Of a stretch of 64,000 nucleotides of DNA, positions 10,150 through 20,064 are shown piece after piece; position 1 is the first letter of the stretch, and every line of letters starts with the position of its first letter. The stretch is from Candidatus Pacebacteria bacterium CG_4_9_14_0_2_um_filter_40_15. GTDB taxonomy: Bacteria > Patescibacteriota > Microgenomatia > UBA1400 > PJMF01. The DNA lies in NCBI GenBank assembly GCA_002788675.1, contig PFRS01000008.1, forward strand, positions 3,233 to 67,232. Reading direction: 5' to 3'. A program made the translations under genes and the position numbers. A model generated the notes under the pieces. It did no database searches. It saw only the letters and a list, made by a program, of their open reading frames with translations, and was not told the origin of the DNA.

Positions 10150-10344
10150 ATGCCAACTCCAGAAGAAATTCAAGCACTTACAGAAGAAGTCGAAGCACGC
10201 AAAGCTGAAAAGCAACGAGCTCGTGATGAGAAAAAAGCAGCAAAATTAAAAAAACAACGAGCAGAAAAATTTGAAAAGTTAACGGCACCAATTATTTTAG
10301 TTATTACTGTCTTAATTGGTTTGGCACTTTGGTTTTCTGTCTAG
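10150..10344 (+). CDS. small protein with charged coiled coil and C-terminal TM helix
   Basis: ATG at 10150 after a GGTGG SD (the track start 10144 is GTG). Overlaps the 3' end of the convergent PBP gene. Confidence 0.3.
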   Translation: MPTPEEIQALTEEVEARKAEKQRARDEKKAAKLKKQRAEKFEKLTAPIILVITVLIGLALWFSV

Positions 10345-12763
10345 AAAAATCATTTAATTCAAGTCTATCAAGAATTGGTTGTACTGGAACGGTACCAGTG
10401 AATTGTTGCTGTTGACCACATTTCGGCTCGATAAGTGATCCAATGACAAATGCTTCAGTATACTTTCGTATTCCATTCGAAGTTCTTGTGCATACCTCAG
10501 CAAAAGTTATTGATGAAGGTACAACAAATGTATGTGGTGTTTCCTCTGACAGTTGTGTTCTCATTATTTGATTCCATATTGGTGATGCTCCAGTTATACC
10601 TGAAGCGACATAACTCATTGAGGTATTGTCATTATTTCCAACCCAGACAGCTACAAGTCGATCTTTTGTATACCCAATGGTCCAGTTATCTCTTAAGTTA
10701 TTTGTTGTGCCCGTTTTTACAGCCACTTCTTGCCCAGGAATGGTGAGTGTTGACTGTAAGCCAAATGCAGGAGATCTGGCGACGTTATCTTTTAAGATAT
10801 CGGTGATTTGATATGCAACAGCAGGAGAAATTGCTTCTTGTGATTGGCAAATTCCTTCCAATACACAACTATTTCGATACAGAATTTCACCATCGAATGT
10901 TTTGACCTCTATAATTGGGTTTAAGTATGTGTGTGTTCCGTTGTTAGCAAACGTTCCGTACAGTTCAGCCATTTGAGTGAGCAGAACTTCTCCGCCTCCT
11001 AGAGTTAAGGATAATCCGAATCTATTTGTATCTTCCCAAGTAGTTATTCCAAAGTCAGGAGCTCGCTCTAACAGAGTAGATACGCCAATACTGGCGAGTA
11101 ATTTCACAGCAGGTATGTTGTATGAAGATGCTAGAGATTCTCTGAGTGTTACTTTGCCGTGGAACTTACCATCATAGTTTTTTGGGCTATAGGGAGGGGC
11201 ACCTTCGGCAGTAAATGTGATAGGAGCATCATCTATGTAGCTTGATGGCTTCTGGCCTGCTTCTAGGGCTAGTGCGTAGGTGAGCGGTTTAATTGATGAG
11301 CCTGGTTGTCTTGGACGAATGGTAACATTTACTTGTCCATCATGATCAAAGTCAAAGTAATCAACGCTTCCAACCATGGCTAGAATTGCTCCTGTTTTTG
11401 GTTCAGTTACAAGAGCGGCGCCATTGCTTACTTTTAGTCTTGCAATCTTGGTTACTTCGTTGGTAACAATTTCTTGTGCCGCTTTTTGAGTGGGTAAATC
11501 GAGTGTGGTAGTAACAATTAAGCCTCCATTAGTTACTAGGTCCTCACCGTATCGTTCGGCCAAGAGTGAACGCACATACATCACAAAATGTGGGGCTTCT
11601 ATTTCAATACCCCTTGGTGTAATTACTAGTTCTGCTTTTGATGCAGCATCAGCTTGGTCCCAGGTGATGTAGCCTTCCTCAGCCATTCGTCTGAGCACTT
11701 CAACTTGGCGTTTTTTTGCAAATTCTGGGTTTGAGCCATAAGGCGAGTACGAAGTTGGGGATGCAGGAAGGCCAGCAAGAAGCGCACCTTCAGCCAAGGT
11801 TAAATGTGAAGCGCTTTTACCAAAAAACTTTTGAGAGGCTTCTTCAATTCCATAAGTAGAGCCTCCATACGGGGCCTGGTTAAGGTACATTGCTAAGATC
11901 TCATTTTTTGAATAGGTATTTTCAACAAGAACTGACAAAATGAGTTCTTTAATTTTTCTCTGCAGAGTTCTTTCTGGTGATAGTAGCCTGTTTTTAACCA
12001 GCTGCTGAGTCAGCGTTGAGCCTCCTTGCACGGTAGTGCCTGTTTGATTTGAAACAAATGCTCGCATAATACCTCTTAGAGAAAAACCATAGTGGTTGTA
12101 AAAATCTTGATCCTCAATGGCAATTGTTGCTTGAATGAGTGAGATGGGTATCTCACTGAGTGGCACGATAGTACGATTTTCATCCTCATAAATTCTATAG
12201 AGAATGTTGCCATTTTTATCTAAAATTTTACTCGATACTGGAAGTGGACGACTCACTAGTTCTTCAGGCTGCGGTAGGTCCTTAAATATTTCTGTATAAA
12301 GTTGTGCTGTTCCCCAAAAAATAAAGAGGGCTGTCACAATGCTAAATACAAAAAACAATGGCAGATCTCTGAGTACGTAATAAAACGAAGAGATGTAGTC
12401 AAAAACTACTGTTTGAGTGAACCATTGCCAAAGCTTCATTGATTTCTTTTTGGGTGGGCGACCACGCTTCCTTTTACGGTGAGTTGCGTGATAGGGCGGA
12501 ACAAAGGTGAATAGAGGTGTTGCGCTTCCCGTCCTGAGAGGAAATCTGGATTTTGTATTCTGGATAAGAAAAGCAAAAAAAAGTGAAATACTCTGGAGCA
12601 GTGTATTGTTGGTTTTTCTTTTAGCCGTTGTTTTTTGAATCGGAACAGACGCAGTTTGTTTGGTGAAGATTTCTCGTTTATAGAAATATATGACGGCAGT
12701 AACAAGAGCGTGTTTTTTGCAGCAAAAGTGTTTGAACAGTGGAGTAACGTATGCGTTCTTCAT
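10304..12763 (-). CDS. class A penicillin-binding protein (bifunctional glycosyltransferase GT51 / transpeptidase)
   Basis: EDQDFYNHYGFSLRGIMRAF...QGGSTLTQQLVKN is the GT51 motif. SSIKP and KTGTTN are the transpeptidase SxxK and KTG motifs. ATG at 12763. An alternative internal ATG at 12439 (MKLWQW, just before the TM helix) would remove a 108-aa basic tail. Confidence 0.85.
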   Translation of the reverse strand: MKNAYVTPLFKHFCCKKHALVTAVIYFYKREIFTKQTASVPIQKTTAKRKTNNTLLQSISLFFAFLIQNTKSRFPLRTGSATPLFTFVPPYHATHRKRKRGRPPKKKSMKLWQWFTQTVVFDYISSFYYVLRDLPLFFVFSIVTALFIFWGTAQLYTEIFKDLPQPEELVSRPLPVSSKILDKNGNILYRIYEDENRTIVPLSEIPISLIQATIAIEDQDFYNHYGFSLRGIMRAFVSNQTGTTVQGGSTLTQQLVKNRLLSPERTLQRKIKELILSVLVENTYSKNEILAMYLNQAPYGGSTYGIEEASQKFFGKSASHLTLAEGALLAGLPASPTSYSPYGSNPEFAKKRQVEVLRRMAEEGYITWDQADAASKAELVITPRGIEIEAPHFVMYVRSLLAERYGEDLVTNGGLIVTTTLDLPTQKAAQEIVTNEVTKIARLKVSNGAALVTEPKTGAILAMVGSVDYFDFDHDGQVNVTIRPRQPGSSIKPLTYALALEAGQKPSSYIDDAPITFTAEGAPPYSPKNYDGKFHGKVTLRESLASSYNIPAVKLLASIGVSTLLERAPDFGITTWEDTNRFGLSLTLGGGEVLLTQMAELYGTFANNGTHTYLNPIIEVKTFDGEILYRNSCVLEGICQSQEAISPAVAYQITDILKDNVARSPAFGLQSTLTIPGQEVAVKTGTTNNLRDNWTIGYTKDRLVAVWVGNNDNTSMSYVASGITGASPIWNQIMRTQLSEETPHTFVVPSSITFAEVCTRTSNGIRKYTEAFVIGSLIEPKCGQQQQFTGTVPVQPILDRLELNDFSRQKTKVPNQLRQ

Positions 12764-12877
12764 TATATTTTTTGGATGTCACCGCTGATGGGGACAGTAC
12801 TGATTTTTTTGGGTGAGATTTTTGTGAAGATCTCTTGCCATAACAAAAAATGCATGGAAGTGATACATGCCTCAAGA

Positions 12878-12903
12878 ATCTGCCCTGTGCTGATAATAGC
12901 ACA
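12878..12903 (-). terminator. hairpin cctgtgct-gataat-agcacagg downstream of the GH18 gene (minus strand)
   Basis: 8-bp perfect stem read from the sequence; the T-tract on the minus strand is weak. Confidence 0.3.
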
Positions 12904-12942
12904 GGCTTTGAGACAATAAAATACTCTAAGTACTAGAAAGTA

Positions 12943-14235
12943 TTAGTTGTTTGATGTTGAGAGTGGATTTGATACTTTTTTATTAATGACTTCCCAAAGT
13001 TCACGGGAGTTTCCTTCGTATCCGAGTGCCCAAATTGCGATGCCTCCTAGGTCAAGTTGATTCACGTAATCTAGTTTATAAGAGATTGATCGGGAGTTTT
13101 CATAGTAGACAACAAAAATTTCGTTGTCTTCAACATACGAAATGTAGGGAGAGAGTGCATTCTCATTCCATCCTTCTTCTACTTTAAGTTCCTCTTTTCT
13201 TTTGAGTAGTTCTTGAACACGTTCATAGCTTGCAGTGGCCCCTGTATCAGGGAAGGTATGTGATTGTGCATCTCTACTGGTTGTTTGCCATTCGTAGCCG
13301 TAGAAAGGTATTCCCAGCAATACCTTTTCAGGTGGAACTAGTTCAACAAAGCCTTGCAGATAGGTGTTAATGTCGTTGTCCCAAACATCCTTACCACCAA
13401 ACAATGGAGCTACTGGACCAGCTTGGGAGGATTGGCGGCGGTGAAAGTCGTACGCCATCACAACAATATAGTCAACTTCGTTACTCAGAGCTGAAATATC
13501 CCAAATATTTGTACCTTCAACGGCGCTAGCGTACATATCCACACTGAGGGTTATGTTCCCATATCTCTCATTAAGATGTGTTCTTAAGGTCTGCATGAAT
13601 GTGGTGAACTGGTCGCGCATTTTTGGACTTGGTGAACCATTCAGTTCAACATCAATATTTACTCCAGTAAAGGGATACGCTAACAAAACACTATCAAGTG
13701 AAGTCAAAAATTTTTCTTGTGCGCTTGGATTATTCAAAAATGAACTGATGTCGTCTGCATTGAATTGGGTCAGAACCAGTTCAACGTTTCCATTTTGTGC
13801 AATAATTTGATTACTCAGAGTCAAAAAATCATCTGAGTTGAGTTTACTAAAGCCAGGTTCAGTTCCTTCATCAGTTTGGGTGATAAGTGATCCATCAGCA
13901 CCAATCGTTAAACTAAAGTAGGACAGGTGTGTGAGCTCAGGTTGTATTGTTACTTTTGTAACATTCCAGTAAGGTAAGAATCCGTAGATTACTTTTTTAT
14001 TTTTTGGTGAAGTTGTTGGTGATCTCAGAAAGCTAAAACTGGTTAGGGATGAGATTGGTGATTCTAGCGGTTCCTCAGCATACCACCACACTGTTACCAA
14101 TGAAGCAAAGATAATCGTTAGGAGTAAGAGAACCCCTACTTTTAATTTTTTGTATGATCGTTGCTTCTTTTTTTTGGGCGGCTCTACATCATCAATAGAA
14201 GAAGCATTGCGGAAAAATTTTTTCATCCTATGCAT
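12943..14235 (-). CDS. membrane-anchored glycoside hydrolase family 18-like protein (YaaH/YdhD-like)
   Basis: GH18 motifs: FTGVNIDVE (DGxDxDWE-like), VVMAYDFH (MxYD), GIPFYGY. N-terminal TM anchor. The track start 14244 is TTG; ATG at 14235 leaves a 1-nt gap to the upstream PBP stop. ATG at 14226 is also possible. Confidence 0.6.
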   Translation of the reverse strand: MHRMKKFFRNASSIDDVEPPKKKKQRSYKKLKVGVLLLLTIIFASLVTVWWYAEEPLESPISSLTSFSFLRSPTTSPKNKKVIYGFLPYWNVTKVTIQPELTHLSYFSLTIGADGSLITQTDEGTEPGFSKLNSDDFLTLSNQIIAQNGNVELVLTQFNADDISSFLNNPSAQEKFLTSLDSVLLAYPFTGVNIDVELNGSPSPKMRDQFTTFMQTLRTHLNERYGNITLSVDMYASAVEGTNIWDISALSNEVDYIVVMAYDFHRRQSSQAGPVAPLFGGKDVWDNDINTYLQGFVELVPPEKVLLGIPFYGYEWQTTSRDAQSHTFPDTGATASYERVQELLKRKEELKVEEGWNENALSPYISYVEDNEIFVVYYENSRSISYKLDYVNQLDLGGIAIWALGYEGNSRELWEVINKKVSNPLSTSNN

Positions 14236-14236
14236 T

Positions 14237-16636
14237 CTATTCAACGTGTTTCACCGGTAAATCATGTGGGACCACACGTTGTTCGTACTGTACTTTACCA
14301 TCTTCAGTCGTAAGACGCGAGCAGTCTTCACAATACTGAGATTCGTAGGTAATTGGATCAGCATAGAAAGTGCGTTCTTCTAAAACGAGGCCATCAACCT
14401 GTTCTCCTGGTGTAGGTGGTAGGCCAGTGCGAGGGTCAATCCAAACATTTTCTTTGACTAGTTTTGCGTAAGACGGTTTACTTTCAGTCCAGTAGAGCTC
14501 GGTGTACCGACCTTGACATTGATCCTTTGCTGAACTTGGAAATCCAGAAGCGCAGACAAAACCACTTGCAACATCTTCGGGTTTTTCTTGCCAAGATGGC
14601 TCTTTACCTTGCAAAATGTATGACATGATATCATTCCAAATTGGCGCTGCACCAGTCACACCACTCACAAGGTATGGATTCATTGGCGTATTATCGTTAT
14701 TACCGACCCATGTTATGACCAAGTATTCTGGTGTGAATCCAACGGTCCAGTTATCTTTAAGATCATTAGTTGTCCCAGTTTTGGCACTGACTACCTGGTT
14801 AGGAATTACAAGTTCTGAACGGGTCCCAAAGGCAAGTTTTCGGGCGTTATTATCTTGCATGATGTGACTGGTTAGGTACGCTGGCGCGCGATGCATAACT
14901 CTAGTTAGTGAGTCTTCTTGTGTATCTTGTTCATGAGAGTTTAAGTAGGCAAGTGTTTCTTGTGTTTTTTCAGGATCCATATCGGCAAGTACATTTCCTT
15001 TATAATCTTCAATTTTTAGAATAGGTGTAAGAGGAACTTTAACACCTTGATTTGCTATGACTGTGAAAGCTTGTGCCATATCGATCATGCGCACTTCGCC
15101 GCCACCTAATGTAAGAGAAAGGCCATATTGTGATGGATCATCCCATCCGGTTATTCCCAGTTTGGTTGCTTGATCAATAAATGGTTGGAGTCCGATAATG
15201 CGAAGCCCCTTCACTGCAGGTATATTTAATGAATTGCCCAAAGAGTCACGAATAGTCACTGGCCCTTTAAATGAGCCATCATAGTTTTTTGGACAGTATG
15301 GTTGTTGCCCTGGTATAGTGAAACAAGTTGGTGTATCAACTAGAATTGAGCCCGGGTTTATTTCCTTTAGTTCCATTGCTGTGGCGTACATTAGAGGTTT
15401 GATTGATGATCCCGGTTGTCTTCTGGCTAAGGCAACATTAACTTGGCCTTCTGCAGTAGCATCGAAGTAGTCGCGAGAACCGATCATGCTTAAGATCTCG
15501 CCGGTATTTGGTTTAACAATCAGTGCAGCACCATTGCCCACACGATATCTTTCAAGATTTTCAATCTCTGCAGAGAGTGATGCCTGAGCAGTATTTTGCA
15601 AGTCTAAGTCGAGTGTTGTGTAAACGCGAAGGCCTCCAGTTTTGACCATTTCTTCCCCATACGTATCAAAGAGGAGATCACGAACAAAAAATACAAAGTG
15701 AGGAGCTTGGATGTCGGTTTTAGATAGTGCATAGGTGAGTACTTCTTTTTCTGCGTCAGATGCTTGTGACTGCGTAATGTAGCCATCCTCTGCCATACGA
15801 CGAAGGACTTCTTTTTGACGGTTTTTAGCAGCAGACGGATCAGAACCAAAAGGTGAGTAGCGGCTTGGTGCCTGAGGTAATCCCGCAAGGAGTGCAGCCT
15901 CAGCAATGGTTAACTCAGTGGCTGGTTTGCCAAAATATGTTTGTGAGGCAGATTCAACACCAACGGAAGTTCCGCCATAGGAAATATAATTCATATACAT
16001 TTCCAGAATTTCTTCTTTTGAATAAATAACTTCTGAAAAGATGGCAAGAATACCTTCTTTCATCTTGCGTTTAATTGATTTTTCTTTGGTAAGAAGAGCA
16101 TTTTTAACAAGTTGCTGCGTGATAGTAGAGCCACCCTCTAAGGTTTCACCTTGAATGTTATTCTTAATAGCACGAGTTATTCCTGCAAGGTCAAACCCAA
16201 AATGAGAGTAAAAATTCTTATCCTCAATTGCTATAGAGGCCTGATAGACATATGGAGGTACATCTTTAATTTGGATAGGTGTTCTATTTTCGTCGGCATA
16301 TACTTCATACAACAGTGTGCCACTTCTGTCTAAAATTTGTGTTGTGACAGCAAAGTTTTCATTACCGGTGGTGATTCTTCTGGGTGAAGGTAAATCTTTG
16401 AGCAAATAGAGTAAGCCAACAGCACAGAGTAGCACGATGAGTGCAAGGAGCAGCCATGAGATTGGGCTCAGGAGAACTATTAAAGGTATGCGGAGCAGCA
16501 ATGGGAAGTGAGCAAATCTTTTTTTTCTTTGTGTAAGTTGTTCTTCTGTTCCCAAAAGTACGTCCTTAAAGGAGTAATGCTTTTTCTTTTTTTTCAAGAT
16601 AGCTGGAATGAGTTTTTTCATAAGAATTTGTTGCAT
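14237..16636 (-). CDS. second class A penicillin-binding protein (GT51 + transpeptidase)
   Basis: EDKNFYSHFGFDLAGITRAI...EGGSTITQQLVKN; SSIKP; KTGTTN. Paralog of 10304..12763, with a long Cys-containing C-terminal extension. Confidence 0.85.
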   Translation of the reverse strand: MQQILMKKLIPAILKKKKKHYSFKDVLLGTEEQLTQRKKRFAHFPLLLRIPLIVLLSPISWLLLALIVLLCAVGLLYLLKDLPSPRRITTGNENFAVTTQILDRSGTLLYEVYADENRTPIQIKDVPPYVYQASIAIEDKNFYSHFGFDLAGITRAIKNNIQGETLEGGSTITQQLVKNALLTKEKSIKRKMKEGILAIFSEVIYSKEEILEMYMNYISYGGTSVGVESASQTYFGKPATELTIAEAALLAGLPQAPSRYSPFGSDPSAAKNRQKEVLRRMAEDGYITQSQASDAEKEVLTYALSKTDIQAPHFVFFVRDLLFDTYGEEMVKTGGLRVYTTLDLDLQNTAQASLSAEIENLERYRVGNGAALIVKPNTGEILSMIGSRDYFDATAEGQVNVALARRQPGSSIKPLMYATAMELKEINPGSILVDTPTCFTIPGQQPYCPKNYDGSFKGPVTIRDSLGNSLNIPAVKGLRIIGLQPFIDQATKLGITGWDDPSQYGLSLTLGGGEVRMIDMAQAFTVIANQGVKVPLTPILKIEDYKGNVLADMDPEKTQETLAYLNSHEQDTQEDSLTRVMHRAPAYLTSHIMQDNNARKLAFGTRSELVIPNQVVSAKTGTTNDLKDNWTVGFTPEYLVITWVGNNDNTPMNPYLVSGVTGAAPIWNDIMSYILQGKEPSWQEKPEDVASGFVCASGFPSSAKDQCQGRYTELYWTESKPSYAKLVKENVWIDPRTGLPPTPGEQVDGLVLEERTFYADPITYESQYCEDCSRLTTEDGKVQYEQRVVPHDLPVKHVE

Positions 16637-16781
16637 TCACGTAAGAATCCACCAATAGCTATAGTGTAGCAAATTATTGTGCATATACGGGGCAGAAAAT
16701 TTGTTCAGCTCAAGTAGTTTGGTCACACATACTCGGCTCTGCCATTGTATTTAGAAACTTCACTCGGTATAGTAGTCACAT

Positions 16782-17258
16782 ATGAAAGAAGTCGTCCAAG
16801 AACAATGGTTTGATCAAATTCCAGAAAGGCCAAGAACATTACTTATTCTTGCATTAGATTTGTATCAACGCGAAGTCGCTCAGGGAACCGAACTTTCAGA
16901 TTACTCATTTTTAGTTTTTCCTGCAGCTAAAGCATATGAGGGTTTTTTGAAACATTATTTTTTCACTCAAGGTCTTATAGCTAAGCGTACATATGAAGGC
17001 AAGCGATTTAGAATTGGTCGTGCGTTAAATCCCGACATTCATCCTAAAGGAAGGGATGAATATTGGTTGTATGATGACGTTTCAAAAAAGTGTGGGGCAG
17101 AATTAGCAACTGAGCTTTGGGATACCTGGTTAGTGTGTAGAAATCAAGTGTTTCATTACTTTCCACTTAAAGATTCGTCACTCCAATTAGAGCACGCACA
17201 ACAAAAACTTGAAAAGATCCTATCAGCAATTCGCATAGCTATATTGTGTAATCAGTAA
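16782..17258 (+). CDS. hypothetical protein, possibly HEPN-like (Rx4H near the C-terminus)
   Basis: 158 aa; ...CRNQVFHYFP fits the Rx4-6H HEPN motif. Otherwise no recognisable family, so the functional call is weak. Confidence 0.3.
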   Translation: MKEVVQEQWFDQIPERPRTLLILALDLYQREVAQGTELSDYSFLVFPAAKAYEGFLKHYFFTQGLIAKRTYEGKRFRIGRALNPDIHPKGRDEYWLYDDVSKKCGAELATELWDTWLVCRNQVFHYFPLKDSSLQLEHAQQKLEKILSAIRIAILCNQ

Positions 17259-17387
17259 ATTGCGACACTTTATTACTGTTCAGTCAGATTATTTTCAGTA
17301 TGGTCCTAGCCTGCTAGGAGTTCAGTGGGTATAATACCTCTTAAATCTTCATATTAGTTTTATACTAATACTATAGCAAGGAAGCAT

Positions 17388-18017
17388 ATGTCAAAAGAAC
17401 ACCTTTACAAAAATATTACGATTTCTGGTCTTCCTGGAAGTGGTTCAACAACATTGCTTAAAATGTTGAAGAAGGACAACTCACTCAGGTTTGATGGTTG
17501 GACAGGTTTTAACGGTGGTGAATTTATGCGTGCGTATGCAAAAGAAAAAGGTTTATTTAAAGAACAAGGTAATCTGCATCACTCAGCTGCACACTATGAA
17601 GATGATTTTGATCGAGAAGTTGACATGGGTATGCGAGAAAAACTTATGCACGAAGATCACTGGATTTTAGAGTCTTGGTTATCTGGCTTTATGGCACAAC
17701 AGGTTGAAGGAACACTAAAAGTTTTAATGACTTGTAGTGATAAGGCAGTGAAAGTTGACAGAGTAGTTAATAGAGACAAAGTTACTGCAGATGATGCAAT
17801 TGCTAATATGCATACGCGATATACTGAGAATTACGCCAAGTGGTCACGCATGTATAGTGCTGAGTGGAAAGAGTGGGTTGTAAAACCGGGAACAGTAAAA
17901 GCAGAAGATCCGATTGATTTTTGGCGTTCGGAACTTTACGATGTAGTTATAGATACGTATTCACATAATCAGCAGGAGACACTGCAAATAGTTTTAGATG
18001 CCATCAACAAAAAGTAG
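17388..18017 (+). CDS. P-loop NTPase / nucleoside-monophosphate-kinase-like protein with atypical Walker A (GLPGSGSTT, Lys replaced by Ser)
   Basis: SD AGGAAG. ITISGLPGSGSTTLLKML resembles shikimate/cytidylate kinase P-loops, but the invariant Lys is Ser. Confidence 0.5.
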   Translation: MSKEHLYKNITISGLPGSGSTTLLKMLKKDNSLRFDGWTGFNGGEFMRAYAKEKGLFKEQGNLHHSAAHYEDDFDREVDMGMREKLMHEDHWILESWLSGFMAQQVEGTLKVLMTCSDKAVKVDRVVNRDKVTADDAIANMHTRYTENYAKWSRMYSAEWKEWVVKPGTVKAEDPIDFWRSELYDVVIDTYSHNQQETLQIVLDAINKK

Positions 18018-18684
18018 CACACAACAAAAAACAGCAAAAGTCTTATCAAGACATATTTTGTTTTTCCCGTTGTTGACTTTGGTATTAATTTTGTGGCTGT
18101 TGTACAGAAGTTTATTTAATTTCCCTGTTTGGTTTGACGAAACCATTGGCAAAGCTGTATTTTTTGGTTTGCCAGTCTGGGTGTATGTCACAATTACCGG
18201 TTACGACAAAATTATTGAAACATTTTCTTCATATAAGTTGAGAGAAGGACTGTTAATGGGAATTGCCATTGGAGGTATCTATGGATTTGTGATGTCCATA
18301 GTATCGCTGGTGCAGAGTGGGGCAACAGTTCAGGCAGTAATGTTATTTGACTCTGCCGCGTTTTGGAGAGAATTTAGTTTAGCTTTACTCACCAGTTTCT
18401 GGGAGACATTACTTTTCTTTAGTTTTGTGATGGTTGTTTTAATGGAGAAGTATAAGCAGTGGTCCATGTTAAAGACGGTGCTTTTTACAGCTGCTATTTT
18501 CTTGGTCTTTCACGTTCCAAATACCTTTTTAAGATTTGATGGTGCACAAGTGGTGTCACAAATATTTATTTTGGCTCTCTTTGCTGTGGGTCAGGCATTG
18601 TTGTTTTATGACAGAAAAAACGCATTTGCTCTTATACTCTCTCAGGCTATCTGGGGAATGGTGCTCTTGGTTCATGCTTGGTAA
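17998..18684 (+). CDS. polytopic membrane protein, possibly CPBP-family (CAAX-protease-like) intramembrane protease
   Basis: Six to seven TM helices. FWREFSLALLTSFWETLLF (EE/xxxR-like), FLVFHVPN (FxxxH) and a C-terminal H-containing helix. 20-nt overlap with the upstream gene. Confidence 0.4.
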   Translation: MPSTKSSTQQKTAKVLSRHILFFPLLTLVLILWLLYRSLFNFPVWFDETIGKAVFFGLPVWVYVTITGYDKIIETFSSYKLREGLLMGIAIGGIYGFVMSIVSLVQSGATVQAVMLFDSAAFWREFSLALLTSFWETLLFFSFVMVVLMEKYKQWSMLKTVLFTAAIFLVFHVPNTFLRFDGAQVVSQIFILALFAVGQALLFYDRKNAFALILSQAIWGMVLLVHAW

Positions 18685-18757
18685 AGTAGAACGTAAGGAC
18701 AGTTGATTAGTATTTTTTTTGCGGTATAGTATTGTTTTTATTGGGAATTTTATAAAA

Positions 18758-19273
18758 ATGAAACACATAGAAATTATTGGGTCAGTTTCAGCATTAGTAT
18801 TTGGTGTTTCACTTGTTGTTATTTCCCTTATATCGGCATCGCAAGTTCAGTCAAAGGGATTAGAGGTATCTCATAAAGAGATGTACTTTGAGGATGATGT
18901 ATTACCAGATCACGCGCTGTATCCAATTTTGATGGTTCGTGATAGAGTGCAACTTGAATTAGCTCAACCAGAAGATAGAATTTCTCTCAGAGTTGCCTTT
19001 GCACAAGAACGCATGCATTCAGCTGAAATGCTCTACGAAAAAGGGAAACCTGAGTTGGCATTATCAACAGCTACAAAAGCCCAAAAATACTTGCTTACAG
19101 CAGCGTTAGAAGTTAAAGCGATGGATATGAGTGAAGATCTTCAAACCTACGTTTTTACAGCTTTGCGTGAACAAACTGAGCATCTTAAGCAACTTCAAGA
19201 GAAGTATAATGATGACCAATATGAAGTTCTTGAGAAACTCATCCAGGAGAGTAAATCCGTTTTCACGGAGTAG
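18758..19273 (+). CDS. membrane-anchored hypothetical protein
   Basis: The track start 18719 is TTG; first ATG at 18758 (MKHIEIIG...). N-terminal TM helix then helical domain. Confidence 0.45.
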   Translation: MKHIEIIGSVSALVFGVSLVVISLISASQVQSKGLEVSHKEMYFEDDVLPDHALYPILMVRDRVQLELAQPEDRISLRVAFAQERMHSAEMLYEKGKPELALSTATKAQKYLLTAALEVKAMDMSEDLQTYVFTALREQTEHLKQLQEKYNDDQYEVLEKLIQESKSVFTE

Positions 19274-19452
19274 CTGTCAGCGCTGGACTCGAATACTCAT
19301 TCATTTTTTGACGTAATACGTCATTATTTTTACATTTCTTTACTTATTTACTATCACAAAAGCATTATTCTGTGACACTTTTTTGTACACAAACGATGTA
19401 GTTGACAGTAGTGGCATGGATATGAGATTCTTGACATCCGCAACATTTTGAA

Positions 19453-19500
19453 ACACAACATATTGTGGTTTGCGGAGATAGAAAACACAAAAGCTTGTAA
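19453..19500 (+). promoter_or_regulatory. two candidate NrdR boxes (acacaaCATAttgtgg and acacaaAAGCttgtaa), centres 32 bp apart
   Basis: Near-palindromic 16-mers resembling the NrdR operator consensus (acaCwAtATaTwGtgt), about 85-130 nt upstream of nrdR. Confidence 0.4.
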
Positions 19501-19582
19501 AAACACAATGATTTACAGGAATTTTTATTAAAATTGAAAACAAATTGTACAAAAGTAACGTACAAGCAAAGATTGGAACACT

Positions 19583-20038
19583 ATGAAATGTCCCTACTGC
19601 TTAAAGCCTGATACGAACGTGATTGATTCACGCGAAGCTGAAGATCAGACTACCATTCGTCGCCGCCGCCTCTGTAACTCATGCGGAAAGCGATTTACTA
19701 CGTACGAGCGTATTGAAGGAATCGATCTAAAAATTATTAAAAAGGATGGTTCAAAAGATTCCTTTGATAGAGACAAACTTAAGCGTGGCATTATCAAAGC
19801 TACTTGGAAGCGTCCTGTGTCGATGGCAGATATTGAAGATATGGTAAACGAAGTTGAGCGAAAATTGCGTCTTAAAAAGACGAGTGAAGTTAAGAGTTGG
19901 GAAGTAGGAAATTTAGTAATAAATAGGCTGAAGAAAGTCGATAAGCTCTCATACTTACTGTTTGCGAGCGTCTACAGAGACTTTGACAGCGTTGAAGATT
20001 TCCAAGAAGAAATCAACAAATTAGTAGAAGAAAACTAG
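19583..20038 (+). CDS. nrdR: transcriptional repressor NrdR
   Basis: MKCPYCLKPDTNVIDSRE...RRRRLCNSCGKRFTTYERIE is the NrdR zinc ribbon plus ATP-cone. Confidence 0.9.
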   Translation: MKCPYCLKPDTNVIDSREAEDQTTIRRRRLCNSCGKRFTTYERIEGIDLKIIKKDGSKDSFDRDKLKRGIIKATWKRPVSMADIEDMVNEVERKLRLKKTSEVKSWEVGNLVINRLKKVDKLSYLLFASVYRDFDSVEDFQEEINKLVEEN

Positions 20039-20064
20039 CTAGTTAACAGCATAAAAGGGAAGAT

